Part shown: positions 41,140 through 55,138 of the stretch, in pieces
How positions within the stretch are numbered: the stretch's first letter is position 1
Layout: every line of letters starts with the position of its first letter
Program-made: the position numbers and the translations under genes
The notes under the pieces: model-generated
Told to the model about the DNA's origin: nothing
Database searches by the model: none
What the model saw: only the letters and a program-made list of their open reading frames with translations
NCBI GenBank assembly: GCA_964016885.1
Contig: OZ024751.1
Location: 15,748,001 to 15,812,000 of the forward strand
Direction of reading: 5' to 3'
Source: Eledone cirrhosa
Lineage: Eukaryota
Length of the DNA stretch: 64,000 bases

Positions 41140-42110
41140 TTACAGCAGCGGTAAATACGTCACAGGCCTATCTCAACTGTCTTCAGTTCTCTTTGCCTTA
41201 TAATTTTACTTAAAGACCGTTGTCTCGTCTATCATACATAATGGTACATGTTCTTTAACAACGAGTGAGATATCCTGTCATAGGTGAGTGCTAGAAGTTC
41301 CGAGTACCATCTGGGTGTGAAGTTTCTCAAATTGGTATTTCTTGATCATGTTTTTCTGTAGTTAGATGTTTGTCATGTTGATTTTATTCTGTTCGTAACT
41401 GTTGGTTTAAGTCTTCTACATTCCTTTTATCTCCAAACTTCTTACTTCAAATACTTAATCAATAATGTTTACATGACTACAATTCTCACTTCATTTATTC
41501 TGTTAAGCTGTTGATCGAATATTCTTTTATTGTTTCTAAACATTCCGTTTTATATTGTTTGATCTAAAGTAGATATTTACTTCTTTGCGCTGTCTTCCGC
41601 TTATTGTTTTTTTTATGAAAATTCTTTTACTAGAATCCTTCCATCTTAATCTACATTCCCTTTCAGATACTTCAAAGTTGTTGTTTACCATGTTCTGGCA
41701 GAAGAAATTAGACACAGACTTCTTTTAGTTATTTTATGTGTCCAGTCCATTCAATCCTTTTCCATCACGGATGTTTTTTTCTTTCTTATTATAATTTATA
41801 TTCCATTAAATATATATTTATGAGGAGTGCAGCCCTACAACATAACAGCAGGTCATTACAAGAAGTTAGGTTATTTTCTCACAATATCATTAACATTTTT
41901 TAAAGCTTAGCCATATATAATCATCATTTCTCGACTGACCTTAATCATCGTAATCTTTCTCAACATCGCGTTCTTATTCTTTCAGTTTCTCTATTACTCC
42001 AGCAAATGTGTTTCTTTGATATCTATAAGTCTGTAAAACATGTGATCTATATTCATTAATAGAAATCCTTTTTTACCCCAGTCTCTTGGTCAATCCTGCC
42101 TTGACACAAT
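41140..42110 (-). pseudogene. Highly decayed LINE ORF region, possibly R4/Dong pre-RT segment
   Basis: Minus strand has remnants resembling PWKRR, MFRNN, PDG and RPVTYLP motifs in the expected order; many stops. Confidence 0.4.
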
Positions 42111-42289
42111 AATCTTATTTTCTTATATATCATATTTTTTTTTAGTATTAATCTATTTTTGTATATCATATATTTATAGTATATTTCTAGTAGTCTCCAT
42201 TTTATGTAATATATTTATAGTATTAGTAGCTTCTTTCCTTTTTATATCATATATTTATAGTATTATTCCAGTACTTTCTTTCCTCTTTA

Positions 42290-42560
42290 TGTCATATATT
42301 CATAGTATATTTATGGCATATATTTATAGTATATTTATGGCATATATTTATAGTATATTTATCGCATATATTTATAGTATATTTATGGCATATATTTATA
42401 GTATATTTATGGCATATATTTATAGTATATTTATGGCATATATTTATAGTATATTTATCGCATATATTTATAGTATATTTATCGCATATATTTATAGTAT
42501 ATTTATCGCATATATTTATAGTATATTTATCGCATATATTTATAGTATATTTATGGCATA
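42290..42560. repeat. 24 bp minisatellite, about 11 copies
   Basis: catatatttatagtatatttat(g/c)g. Confidence 0.92.
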
Positions 42561-42704
42561 CGGCATTTCTTGGACATTTTAAGCCTAGAAAAGCCCGATA
42601 ATTTTTAGTACTTTACCAATTTACTTTTCTTGATATATATTTTTAGTGTGAGTCATAGATTTTTTCCCTTTATATATAATCCTTTAGTATTACTCTACTG
42701 TCCA

Positions 42705-42905
42705 ACGGCCCTTGGATTGGCGGTATCGGTAGAGCGTCGGACAACAGACTTTATGACATAGAGTTAAGGCCTTTTAAGATCTGAGTTCAAATCCCACCGA
42801 GGTTAGCTTTGCCTTTCATCTTTACGGGGCCGATCAAATAATGTACCAGTAATGCACTAGAGTCGATTTAATCGACTTTCCTCTCTCCCCCAAATTGTTG
42901 GCCTT
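42705..42905 (+). mobile_element. Nin-SINE whose 3' end runs into a satellite array
   Basis: Head, B-box, Nin core, then ttgttggccttgta... Confidence 0.8.
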
Positions 42906-44098
42906 GTACAGCCGAAGTCAGCCCTTTTTTTTCTACTGCATGGTTTACTGTACAGCCGAAGTCACCCCCTTTTTTTCTACTGCATCGTTTACTGTACAGC
43001 CGAAGTCAGCCCCTTTTTTTCTACTACACGGTTTACTGTACAGCTGAAGTCATCCATTTTTTTCTACTACATGGTTTACTGTTCAGCCGAAGTCAGCCCT
43101 TTTTTCTACTGCATGGTTTACTGTACAGCCGAAGTCACCCCCTTTTTTCTACTGCATGGTTTACTGTACAGCCGAAGTCAGCCCTTTTTTCTACTGCATG
43201 GTTTACTGTACAGCCGAAGTCACCCCCTTTTTTCTACTGCATGGTTTACTGTACAGCCGAAGTCAGCCCTTTTTTCTACTACATGGTTTACTGTTCAGCC
43301 GAAGTCAGCCCTTTTTTCTACTGCATGGTTTACTGTACAGCCGAAGTCACCCCCTTTTTTCTACTGCATGGTTTACTGTTCAGCCGAAGTCAGCCCTTTT
43401 TTCTACTGCATGGTTTACTGTACAGCCGAAGTCAGCCCTTTTTTCTACTGCATGGTTTACTGTACAGCCGAAGTCAGCCCTTTTTTCTACTGCATGGTTT
43501 ACTGTACAGCCGAAGTCAGCCCTTTTTTCTACTGCATGGTTTACTGTACAGCCGAAGTCACCCCCTTTTTTTCTACTGCATGGTTTACTGTACAGCCGAA
43601 GTCACCCCCTTTTTTTCTACTGCATCGTTTACTGTACAGCCGAAGTCAGCCCCTTTTTTTCTACTACACGGTTTACTGTACAGCCGAAGTCATCCATTTT
43701 TTTCTACTACATGGTTTACTGTTCAGCCGAAGTCAGCCCTTTTTTCTACTGCATGGTTTACTGTACAGCCGAAGTCACCCCCTTTTTTTCTACTGCATCG
43801 TTTACTGTACAGCCGAAGTCAGCCCCTTTTTTTCTACTACACGGTTTACTGTACAGCTGAAGTCATCCATTTTTTTCTACTACATGGTTTACTGTACAGC
43901 CGAAGTCACCCCCTTTTTTTCTACTGCATGGTTTACTGTACAGCCGAAGTCACCCCCTTTTTTTCTACTACATGGTTTACTGTTCAGCCGAAGTCACCCC
44001 CTTTTTTTCTACTACATGGTTTACTGTACAGCCGAAGTCAGCCCTTTTTTTCTACTGCATGGTTTACTGTACAGCCGAGGTCATTCTTTTTTTTCTAC
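42905..44098. repeat. 42-44 bp minisatellite, about 28 copies, with higher-order structure
   Basis: Unit tgtacagccgaagtca(g/c)cccttttttctactgcatggtttac. Confidence 0.95.
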
Positions 44099-44396
44099 AT
44101 TGGCATTATGCAATGTTGGGTTTTGCTTCTGAATGTTTTCCTGTTTAATCCATCTAAAAACGTCATGATCCATCATTGCATTTAGCATAGGACATTTTGC
44201 TACAAGGTCTCTGATCTGAGAAGACATTCGTCCCTTCTTCTCGCCAGTGTTGGAGGCTCCTGAAAAATGAAATAGATGCTGTCACTTCTCATTTGATGAT
44301 GCAATGAAAATACAAAAATCTGTTCAGCACCTTATTTTGGGTGTTTCAGTACCCAAAATGTATAGATGAGTGACTAGTGGGGTGGTTTTAGTTATA

Positions 44397-44397
<1 letters not shown>

Positions 44398-44472
<75 letters not shown>
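44398..44472. repeat. (ACT)n microsatellite
   Basis: About 25 perfect units. Confidence 0.95.
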
Positions 44473-44474
<2 letters not shown>

Positions 44475-44697
44475 AGAAGATGGCGTAGGACAGAACAAAG
44501 GAGAGGCACAAAACAAAGAAAATAATCCCCAGTCATTGAAGAGGTCGCAGAATGAGTGACGAAAGAACTTTAACAAAATATGAACAACAGTCCGGTTGCA
44601 GAACCAACCAACCAGCCAACCGGAAATTTATAATAAATTGAAGTGAAAGCAACTGGTGCGTGTGTTTCTTATTGACAACATGACCTTCCCAAAGTAT

Positions 44698-44752
<55 letters not shown>

Positions 44753-44756
<4 letters not shown>

Positions 44757-45316
44757 AAAAAGTATGACCCCGACGGCAGAGCTCAAGCCGTTTCGACGGC
44801 TATTTCTGGACTAAATTAGAATTTTTAGCCTGGTGAATAAATAGCCGAACTTGTCAAGGGGGTACTTCCTTATATGGGAAGATTGTAGTTGTCAAGAGGA
44901 TTGATTAAAATTTGTTGTAAACACAAATAAGTCTATCATGGCATTTGGTGGGTGGTAGGGGTGGCTGAACTTGCCTGTAGAACAATAGGGGAGTGAGTGG
45001 AGCGGTCAAGCGTTGAAAGTGATATGTATACAGCAGAATCTAAGGATAGTGTATGAAGTGGAGGAGGGAGGTTATAGAATAGGTAAATCGAATGAGAGTA
45101 GGAGACAATAAAAGATAATAGAAAGAAAAATAAATATATAAAATTAGATAGTGAGAAATGAATAAAAACATTCTAATTTAGTCCAGAAATAGCCGTCGAA
45201 ACGGCTTGACCTCTTCCGTCGGGGTCATACTTTTCCCTATTTCCCACTCTACTACTCTAAGTATTGAGTACTCTAGTGCGTTATGGTCCATCTGGTTCCT
45301 TACCACATTTCCTATG

Positions 45317-45318
<2 letters not shown>
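44753..45318. mobile_element. Longest F5 element: UTR + full HHR on minus, inverted pLTR piece with tail on plus
   Basis: Arms 44753-44822 and 45170-45240, ~350 bp unique spacer, tail to 45318. Confidence 0.85.
44757..44869 (-). ncRNA. Type I HHR with U3:A8 core, long stem II and 5 bp stem III (F5)
   Basis: AAGUAC-CCCC-UUGACAA-GuuCGGCUAUUU(..GGCUAAA/UUUAGUC..)AAAUAGCCGuC-GAAACGGC(uugagcucu)GCCGUC|GGGGucaUACUU. Confidence 0.85.
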
Positions 45319-45391
<73 letters not shown>

Positions 45392-45444
45392 CATATATAC
45401 ATATATATAAATATATATACAATTCATATATATATATATATATA

Positions 45445-45600
45445 TTTCGTTTCTGAATTTGTTTAGCAAGATTCTTTATCAGAAAACGTGTGTTGAAACC
45501 GATATTGTTATGCTTGGGAGGGTCATGTTGCCAATAAGAAACACACGCATGGTGCGTGTGTTTCTTATTGGAAACATGACCCTCCCAAAGCATAACAATA
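45445..45600. mobile_element. Short fold-back terminus (family F13)
   Basis: Palindrome 45502-45600; the same terminus catgacc.tcccaaag.ataacaata occurs at 44680-44705, with related ones at ~18695 and ~52955. Confidence 0.65.
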
Positions 45601-45614
45601 TATATATATATATA

Positions 45615-45977
45615 TACAATATATTAACAAATGGAAACTATATTTATAAAACCATATTTATTTCATAATACATATTTCAAGGACACCAAAGCAAATTGTG
45701 GTGCGCTTTTATCAGATAAAATATAATATAGATCAGTTTTATAAACAAATATTGAGATTTGTTTATAAAACTGATCTATATTATATTTTATCTGATGAAG
45801 GCGCACCACAATTTGCTTTGGTGTCCTTGAAATATGTATTATGAAATAAATATGGTTTTATAAATATAGTTTCCATTTGTTAATATCTTGTATTTTTACT
45901 CCAAAAATTTGTTGAGTGCTTTATATCAGTTATAAAAATATTTGCTTGTTGTATCCCAACAAATTAAATATAACTTC

Positions 45978-45982
<5 letters not shown>
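45615..45982. mobile_element. F2 fold-back element
   Basis: Arms ~45620-45750 and 45757-45887, 6 bp spacer, ~95 nt tail; left core mutated (CUGAUAA). Confidence 0.85.
45784..45848 (+). ncRNA. Type I hammerhead ribozyme (F2)
   Basis: UAUUUUAU-CUGAUGA-AGGcGCACCA(loop)UGGUGUcCUU-GAAA-UAUGUA-UU|AUGAAAUA. Confidence 0.85.
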
Positions 45983-46057
<75 letters not shown>

Positions 46058-46098
46058 CACACACACACACACAAACATATATACATTCATACTCATAC

Positions 46099-46135
<37 letters not shown>

Positions 46136-46511
46136 TTTTCTGTATATGCTTCAATATTTATTGGTGTTCTGTTATGTTTAGGAATTTATAATTATATGCA
46201 AATAGGAAGATAAAAATGATATAGAACGATGAAATAAACTAATTCCTTGGCACAGTAAATATCATATTGATTATTGACGTGAAATATCTGTCTCTCGTCT
46301 ATAGGATATCGTATGTAGTTGTTCTAACGCCTGTCTACACGTGCGTTGTGTTTGGGAAAAATGATGCTGATAATAATGTCTTTGTAGGTGTTTGTTTAAC
46401 AACAACAACAACAACAACAACAAAAACAAAGAGAAATTATCATCTATCGTTATTTTATTCTTCTCTTTGTTCTCTTTATTCTCGACACACATACACACAT
46501 ACATATGTATG

Positions 46512-46565
<54 letters not shown>

Positions 46566-46588
46566 TATATATATGTGCATATATATAC

Positions 46589-46658
<70 letters not shown>

Positions 46659-46918
46659 ATATGCATATGTATGTATGTATGTATATATAAATATTTATAT
46701 ATATATATATATATGCATATATATATGCATACATATATAGATGTATATATATATATATATATACCGTATATATGTATATATATATATATGTATATATATA
46801 CACACATATATATGTATATATGTGTATATGTGTACATATATATATATGTGTATATGTGTACATATACTTTTTGATGCATAGAATACTGTTTTCTGCACAT
46901 ATAAGCATAAAGATTCCC

Positions 46919-46998
<80 letters not shown>

Positions 46999-47164
46999 AG
47001 AGAGAGAGAGATATGGGAATGTTTTTGCTTATATGCGCAGAAAAAAGTATTCTATGCATAAAAAATGATATGTACATTTTATCTAGAATTGAAATTTATT
47101 ACTCAGTTTTGCGTTACTGGTTATTCATCCGATTGACGAAAGGAAGTGGCATGACTATATATAT

Positions 47165-47262
<98 letters not shown>

Positions 47263-47267
47263 GTATG

Positions 47268-47331
<64 letters not shown>

Positions 47332-47332
47332 T

Positions 47333-47457
<125 letters not shown>

Positions 47458-47779
47458 CAGTATATATATATTCGCAGACACTTCGAAATATGATTAGTTG
47501 TCGTGATTTCATTGGTTATATACAGAACACAAGATATTTTCGTCTCTTCACATGCAAAACCACGTGATTTTTAAAAAGTTTTTACCATTACATGTATAAA
47601 ACACACACAAACACGGGATGCATGATTTTGCAAATGTCTATATAACTGTAAACCTCTATTTATGCCTGACATGTTTTTGAATGCGTAGAAGATTTAGGAT
47701 AGGGGCGTAAATCTGCTTCCCCTTTTGTAGAAGTCTTTTTCAGAAGGCCAGTCATGTCAAACATTGTGTCATTCGGAGT

Positions 47780-48272
47780 CTAATAAATACGTTAAGGGCT
47801 CGCGTGTCTGCGGAATACTCAGCCATTTGAACGTTAATATCCCAAGCAGGTGGTTCTATTGATTGTATTAACTGGAACATTCCTACGGAGCTCCATTCCA
47901 ATTCATTCCACAATGTTGGAAATGGGTGTCCTTGTAAGGAACGAGGTGTTGGAACTCCGTCGTTTCCGACGACGAGCGCTCCAGCTGATTCAATCAACGG
48001 AACAACATGCTCATGAAATTAACTTGCAAGTGACCGAGCATTCCGCAGACACTTGTACTTGTAACGTAATTTTCCAGGGAGATTCAGCGTGACACAATAT
48101 GTGATGAGGCTGGTCCCTTGAATTACAGGTACAACTCAGTTTTACCAGTTGGATAGACTGGGGACAGCGTGAAATAAAGCGTCTTGCTTAAAGACATAAC
48201 ACGCCGGTCGATCTCAGAATCGAACACCTGACATTATGGTCATGTCCAGGGACCCTAACCACTAAAACACGT
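47780..48272. mobile_element. Two V/Meta-like SINE copies (partial +, full -)
   Basis: 47780-47895 (+) and 47945-48272 (-) align with 12345-12671. Confidence 0.7.
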
Positions 48273-48991
48273 TGTATATATATTTTCATAATATACAACG
48301 TATTGTGGTTACAGAGAATATATTTAATGATACAACAGGTAGTTATAATAATATAGCTTCCACTGGGAGGTATTAATCACCGTAAGTTACACAATTCTAC
48401 TAAATTTTCTGTCCATTCTCTACGGCATCTTGAATATTACTGCTTTCAAGTATCAATCAGTTTTCATTGTGAACATTAACTAATCAGTATTGAACTGAAT
48501 TCAGAGTCGATAATCAATTTAAGTGCCGCAGAATGAACGGTCATCATTTTTATATGGGTTTAATAAATTTGATTAATTATTTCCAGAAACCAAAGAATAG
48601 AATAAAATCATCTGCTCTCAGCTCCTTGCATTCAGGAATTATTGATTATTCTTACGACAACCAAACTCTTGGTAAAGAGTTTGGATTTGGCAAAAATTCA
48701 AGTTGAGATGCAATTTAGTAGTGCATAACAAAATATCTCTTTCGGTGTATCATTAATGTTTTAGCGTACTATCCAACAACAGCCATTTAAATGTGTTTTC
48801 AACGAGGCAATATGGATTTATTAAAAATGAACTTTTAATGAGAAGCAGTTGCTGTTAAATATTTAACGCCACGTTCAATTATTTAAAAACATATATAAAA
48901 AAGAAATGAGGCAAGCCATTAGAATTAATATGATTAGATAATATAAAAATAGGACAGTCAGGTGTAAGCTCCTTGTCATTCGAATCTATTA

Positions 48992-49162
48992 CCGTATTTC
49001 CCGGCATAGAAAACACTATTTCTCCCCCCTAAAAGAAGTCCCAAAAATCTACCATGCGTCCTGGAGGCCGAAGGTTGTTTATTATTTTTTTTTCAAATTT
49101 TTGGTTGTCAAAATTAGGGTACGTCCTAGAGGACGAAGCTTCTTCGGCGCCGGGAAATACGG
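48992..49162. mobile_element. Tc1/mariner-pogo-type MITE
   Basis: Perfect 14 bp TIR ccgtatttcccggc / gccgggaaatacgg with TA TSDs. Confidence 0.9.
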
Positions 49163-49260
49163 TAAGTAAATTCATTTCAAACCGAAGCTAATTTCACTTA
49201 ATGTGTAAAAGGTTTATATAAATCAAGATCAGATATATAATCGATTGCTTATATATGATA

Positions 49261-49561
49261 CTAGCAAAAGAACCTGTCATTGCCGGGCACAGCTTTCGCC
49301 ACTGTAAAGAAAACCCCTCCCTCTCTCCTCAACATGGCCGTCTTTAAATAGCTGTAGAACTCAGCTATTTTAAGGGAGCTATTTTTCCAGCTTTTAAACA
49401 AAGCTATTTTAAGGGAGAGCGAGATTTAAACTATTTGTTGACATGCTCCGGGAACTAAATAATCTTTGAATCAAAGTTGAACAAAATCGGATGGAAACTG
49501 TGGAAATGCATCAGCTGCATAGATACATACAGGCAGACATTTTCGTTTTTACATATATAGA
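49261..49561 (-). mobile_element. Non-autonomous Helitron
   Basis: A|TCtatatatgtaaaaacgaaaatgtctg...ccgatttt...cccggcaatgacagg ttcttttgCTAG|T; inserted between A and T without TSD. Confidence 0.8.
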
Positions 49562-49720
49562 TTAAGGAAGGTAAAATAACAAAGCAGAGACGTACACTTG
49601 AAATATTTTCTTTAAAAAACAACAAAAACAAGACTAAACTTGCAAGTAACATTTTTCTCAGTTGTTTTTCACTAGTGACCTTTAAACTTAGCAGCAAATA
49701 CCTATCTATCTATAGAAAGA

Positions 49721-49823
<103 letters not shown>

Positions 49824-49907
49824 TAACATTTTACACGTTTTTATTGTATGTAAACTTCCCCCTTTGTATGTGTCCCCTTCTTTTGTGCCCCTGTGGCTAA
49901 TAAAGAA

Positions 49908-49981
<74 letters not shown>

Positions 49982-49997
49982 GTATGTATGTATGTAT

Positions 49998-50316
49998 GTT
50001 CCCGATTGCGCGGTTAAACCACTGGGAGGTAAGGACCCCTAACTTTTGTCGGTGCATTCTTCTAGGAGAAGGCAACTCAGGAAACTGGGATAACTCCGAC
50101 ATAAAACCTGCGGCTCAGTAGTTACCCATGTTGTCGATCATTTCTTCTTTTCGCGTTATAGCTACTGTTGCTCAGAGAGTGGGATTGGCTCAGTGCACAG
50201 TCTTTCCTCACTTAAAATAATCTTCTTGCACAGGCATTGCATGATAGAATTAATAATTATTAATAATGTTATATCGTGCAATGGCCATACTCGATATCGA
50301 GGGAGCAGCCATCATC
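49998..50316 (+). mobile_element. Non-autonomous RTE-related SINE-like element
   Basis: Homolog of 6722-7050; follows (TATC)n(TATG)n. Confidence 0.75.
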
Positions 50317-52160
50317 AGGTATATATGTACGAATGCAGAGCATAAATATATAAAGGTTAAAAAACGACCCAGTACTATCTAGTACTTTATTTATCGACCC
50401 CATAAAGATGAAAGGGAATGTCGAACTCGAGAGCCGGAACGAATACGATAAAGCATATTTGTTACATAGATGAATATGCACCATCACCTATGGTGGCTGT
50501 TGGATCACGTTGTTGTACAGAATGAATAGTAAAGTATCTTTCGGAATTTCAGGAAAATTACGTCATCAAAATATCAAAACTGTTTTATACATGCACATGA
50601 AATATGTCCTAATTCTTTCCATACCACATGCTGGCTGTTGGAACACACTTTATTGTTCAGTAAAGTATCTTTAGGAATTTCAGGAAAAACGTCGTCAAAA
50701 TATAAAAAACATGCACGTCAATTCAATCAATGTTGAAGAAAAGAAACAGGAATTCTCAGAAAAATTAGTAGCAATTCCGGTAAATGTAAATATATCGGAA
50801 AATGTTGAAGATCCTTGAAGGAGCCACAAAAAGCAACATATCCTGCTTTCTTTTGGAATACATGGGTTGATCTCCCATAAACACCAGGATTAATTCAACG
50901 AGAACAATATTAAAGTTAAGTCTGAGATAGAATGTATACTGAACACGAGAATTAGGTATAATTTGATAGAAAAGAGAAATGCTAATGGAAAACAAAGATT
51001 TATCTTAAGCTAAACAAAATCTTTATAAAACGACAATAGAATTTTATATATGTTTAGAAATTTATATATATTACAATATACTAGCAGAAAAACCATCCTT
51101 CCGGTGGTTTTCTGCTAGTAGTGTGTATATTGATATTATACGCAGGTATATATACATGTAGATATGATACATCAAATAAAATCGTAATTGACAATATATA
51201 ATACATAGAAATTGAACGAAGACTGCGTTACACTGTCTTATTTAATCAGTAACGTAATCTATGATACATTAAAAAAGACGATATTATATATAAACTGAAT
51301 TAGGAGAAAATTAGTGACAGAAAATTAGTATGTTTATTTAAGCGATGGCGAACCGGAAGTGTTGACATTTCAGAAATGTTAAAGAAGTCCCGCGCTCCAT
51401 ACTTTATTATAGTTTAGATGAGTTTAAAAAAAAAGAGTTAATAAATAAATAAAGAGTTAATAAATAAATAAAGAGTTAATAAATAAATAAAACGTTATAC
51501 TTGTTTTACCCTCCCATTTCCAATTAAACCGAATGCTATCATGACTGTATGTGTGTGTTTGTGTAAATGTATATGTATGAATGCATGTATGTTTGTGTGA
51601 ATGTATGTAAATTTGTGTGAAAGTATACCCTCCCATCTCCAATTAAACTGAACGCTATCATCACTGTGTGTGTGTTTGTGTAAATGTCTATGTGTGAATG
51701 TATGTATGTTTGTGTGAAAGTATATGTGTGAATGTATGTATATTTGTGTGAATTATGTCCGTGAGAGTGAATTTTTATAAGTTTGTGTTTGCGCGATTAT
51801 AGTTATATATACTCATAATAGTTATATACTCATACATATAGATGTATGTATGTATACCATCATACGCGTCAGGTGTAGAAGATCATAATCTCTCTATCTC
51901 TCTCATCACAAACTCTCTCTTTCTCTATATATGGTAGTTGGAATAGTGGTAGTGGCGACGATATTCCGGAAGTGCTACTTTGAAAAGAAGTCAATTTGAA
52001 ATTATTTATTTTTACGAAATTATTTTTGTTTACGAAATTGAGTACATAAATTATGTAATATTCATTCATTATTTATTCAAAGTAATCCAACTTATTTTAC
52101 AAACGGCATAAAAAAATAAACCGTACGCAATCCCGCAGACCTTCCTTTATTATAATTTAG

Positions 52161-52865
52161 ATTTCTTTAATGAAATATATACAAGGAAGATTAATCATTT
52201 TAAAAGGTATCTATATTTAAAGTTCTAGTTAAACTTTAATTAGTTACCTACCTAGCTATGTGTGCTTACACACTTTTACAAATTATTCCCTGTGATTGTT
52301 TCATATGTTTATTTTAGATATATATATATATGTCAATCAATTTCTAGTTGATATAAAATGCTCGGATCTATTCATTGGAATCTTTGAGCATATTCTACAG
52401 TGGATATGGCGCATATCTCTCGGACATGACACCCTTAATTTAATTTCGGATATATATATGGCCCCTTAATTGTAGAGATAACTCAGTTGAAAGGACTCAG
52501 CTGCTATTTCTAGTTGTCGATAACCCTATTCACGCCACTGGGATGAAGCTGGTACGATATGTGTATTAAAAAAAAAATGCAACACGTACTGCTAGTCATT
52601 CGCAGATTTGAATTTGCTGTGTGAACACAGATAGTTAAATCCTCTCCCCTGTTGAAAATCCGGTTTGGCTACTGTGGTTTACCGATCGATTGATGGTGAA
52701 ATATATTTCTTTAATGAAATATATACAAGGACGATTAATCATTTTAAAAGGTATCTATATTTAAAGTTATAGTTAAACTTTAATTAGTTACCTACCTAGC
52801 TATGTGTGCTTACACACTTTTACAAATTATTCCCTGTGATTGTTTCATATGTTTATTTTAGATAT
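52161..52865. repeat. ~160 bp direct duplication bracketing ~385 bp
   Basis: atttctttaatgaaatatatacaagga...gtttattttagatata at 52161-52320 and 52705-52865, nearly identical. Confidence 0.9.
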
Positions 52866-53002
52866 ACCGATATAAAAGACACAGAAGCGAAAAGCGAAAA
52901 CCAACCAAACAGTGAGTGTGTTCTGTTATTAATTCTGGCAATATTACACAAATATCACCCTCCCCAAGTATAACAATATATATATGTCAATTGATTTCTA
53001 GT

Positions 53003-53308
<306 letters not shown>

Positions 53309-53459
53309 ATATATATATATATAATATATATCTATATATATACCGTATATATATATATTTATATTTATATTTATATTTATATTTATATATATATGCATGC
53401 AAATATATTTATATATATATATGCATACAAATATATATAGATATATACAAATATATATA

Positions 53460-53515
<56 letters not shown>

Positions 53516-53596
53516 AATATATATATAATTATATATATACAAATATATATATAATTATATATATATATATAAATATATAAATATATAAATATATAA

Positions 53597-53633
<37 letters not shown>

Positions 53634-54424
53634 TATATAGTATATTTTATATATATATATATATAATATATACTATACACACATACACACACACACATAC
53701 ACACACACATATATATATACAGACACTTAGAAATCGATACTTTTCTTTATATACATATTTTATCACGTAATCTTACACCCCTTTCATCATTTTATCTTTG
53801 GGGGAATAAGAAACAAGAGGTATATACTTGATATTATATTTCTATGCTATATATTCATTTGTTCATTTGTTTATTCTTTATTAATTACTAAAGTGGTTAA
53901 TTTATTACCTCCCTTTTGTACAGACAATATACGAATGGATAATATATAATACATACTTTCGTTAAGGCAGTATATATTCGCGTAGAACGTATTGATAGCT
54001 GGAAGTGTAAGCAGGAAAACAAGCAAACAGGACTGCGTTGATATCAGCTTACTTATTCTTATTTATTCATTTCTACCTCTCTGTAATCTCGCGGAAATGT
54101 GTAGAGAATTGCACAGTTTCTTTTTTTGTGTAAACATATCTATTTTGTCATTATATGTTGGGAGTACTAAGATTGTTTAAAATTGGTTGTGAAGCTGTAG
54201 TACCGGGGGGTATTGTTCTTTCGTGTTTGGTAGGGGCAATTGAGGGTGAGATTGGAGAAGAAGGGGATGGCTTGGGAGTGGGAGTGGGATTCTCCTTTCG
54301 GGAATAGTGAGAAACAAACAACATATGTTTCCCCAGATACACATTGACAAATATATACCCACAAGTACACAAGTATATAGATTTAAAAACTGTATATAGA
54401 TAAAAAGTATATAGATAAAAACTG

Positions 54425-54459
<35 letters not shown>

Positions 54460-54460
<1 letters not shown>

Positions 54461-54718
54461 GATATTAACAAATGGAAACTATATTTATAAAACCATATTT
54501 ATTTCATTATACATATTTCAAGGATACCAAGTTAAATTACGGTATGCCTTCATCAGACAAAATACAATATATACCAGTTTTATAAATAAACATTGACGTA
54601 CCCTTTCAAAATGCGACCGTTACTTTTGGAAGACATCAAATACTTGTCGAGTGCTTTATATCAGTTATAAAAATATTTGCTTGTTGTATCCCAACATTTA
54701 AAATAGAACTTTTGCATA
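54460..54718. mobile_element. F2 element (HHR on minus, tail inverted on plus)
   Basis: Homologous to 45615-45982. Confidence 0.8.
54500..54564 (-). ncRNA. Type I hammerhead ribozyme (F2)
   Basis: UAUUUUGU-CUGAUGA-AGGcAUACC(loop)GGUAUcCUU-GAAA-UAUGUA-UA|AUGAAAUA. Confidence 0.85.
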
Positions 54719-54977
54719 TATATATATATATTTATATATATATAAACAAATAAAGATTCAGTGAGAATCGCATTTTCGGCGGGCAGGAAAAGCGAAGCGA
54801 AACGCAAAAATCAGAAATGATACTGGCAAAGTGCTCAATAGTTAAAAACCAGAGCTAAACAATGTGTTAAGAAGCCATACAAAACTGAAAAGGTGGTCAA
54901 GAAAGCATTAACCACCCAAGCCAAAAAACAAATCAAGCTAAACAGTCCCAAACAAAATGAATGATAAAAAATAAGTG

Positions 54978-55014
<37 letters not shown>

Positions 55015-55076
55015 CACACATATATAATGGTTTCCAATTTAGGCACAAGCCAGGCAATTTTGGTAAAGGCAAGTCG

Positions 55077-55138
<62 letters not shown>

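Noticed and set aside
42905-44185. CRISPR-like array and 234-353 aa ORFs
   Set aside because: Units are contiguous with no unique spacers, there are no cas genes and the context is eukaryotic; the ORFs arise because the unit lacks stop codons.
50765-50995. Short open frames of moderate complexity
   Set aside because: No recognisable domain or convincing splice sites.
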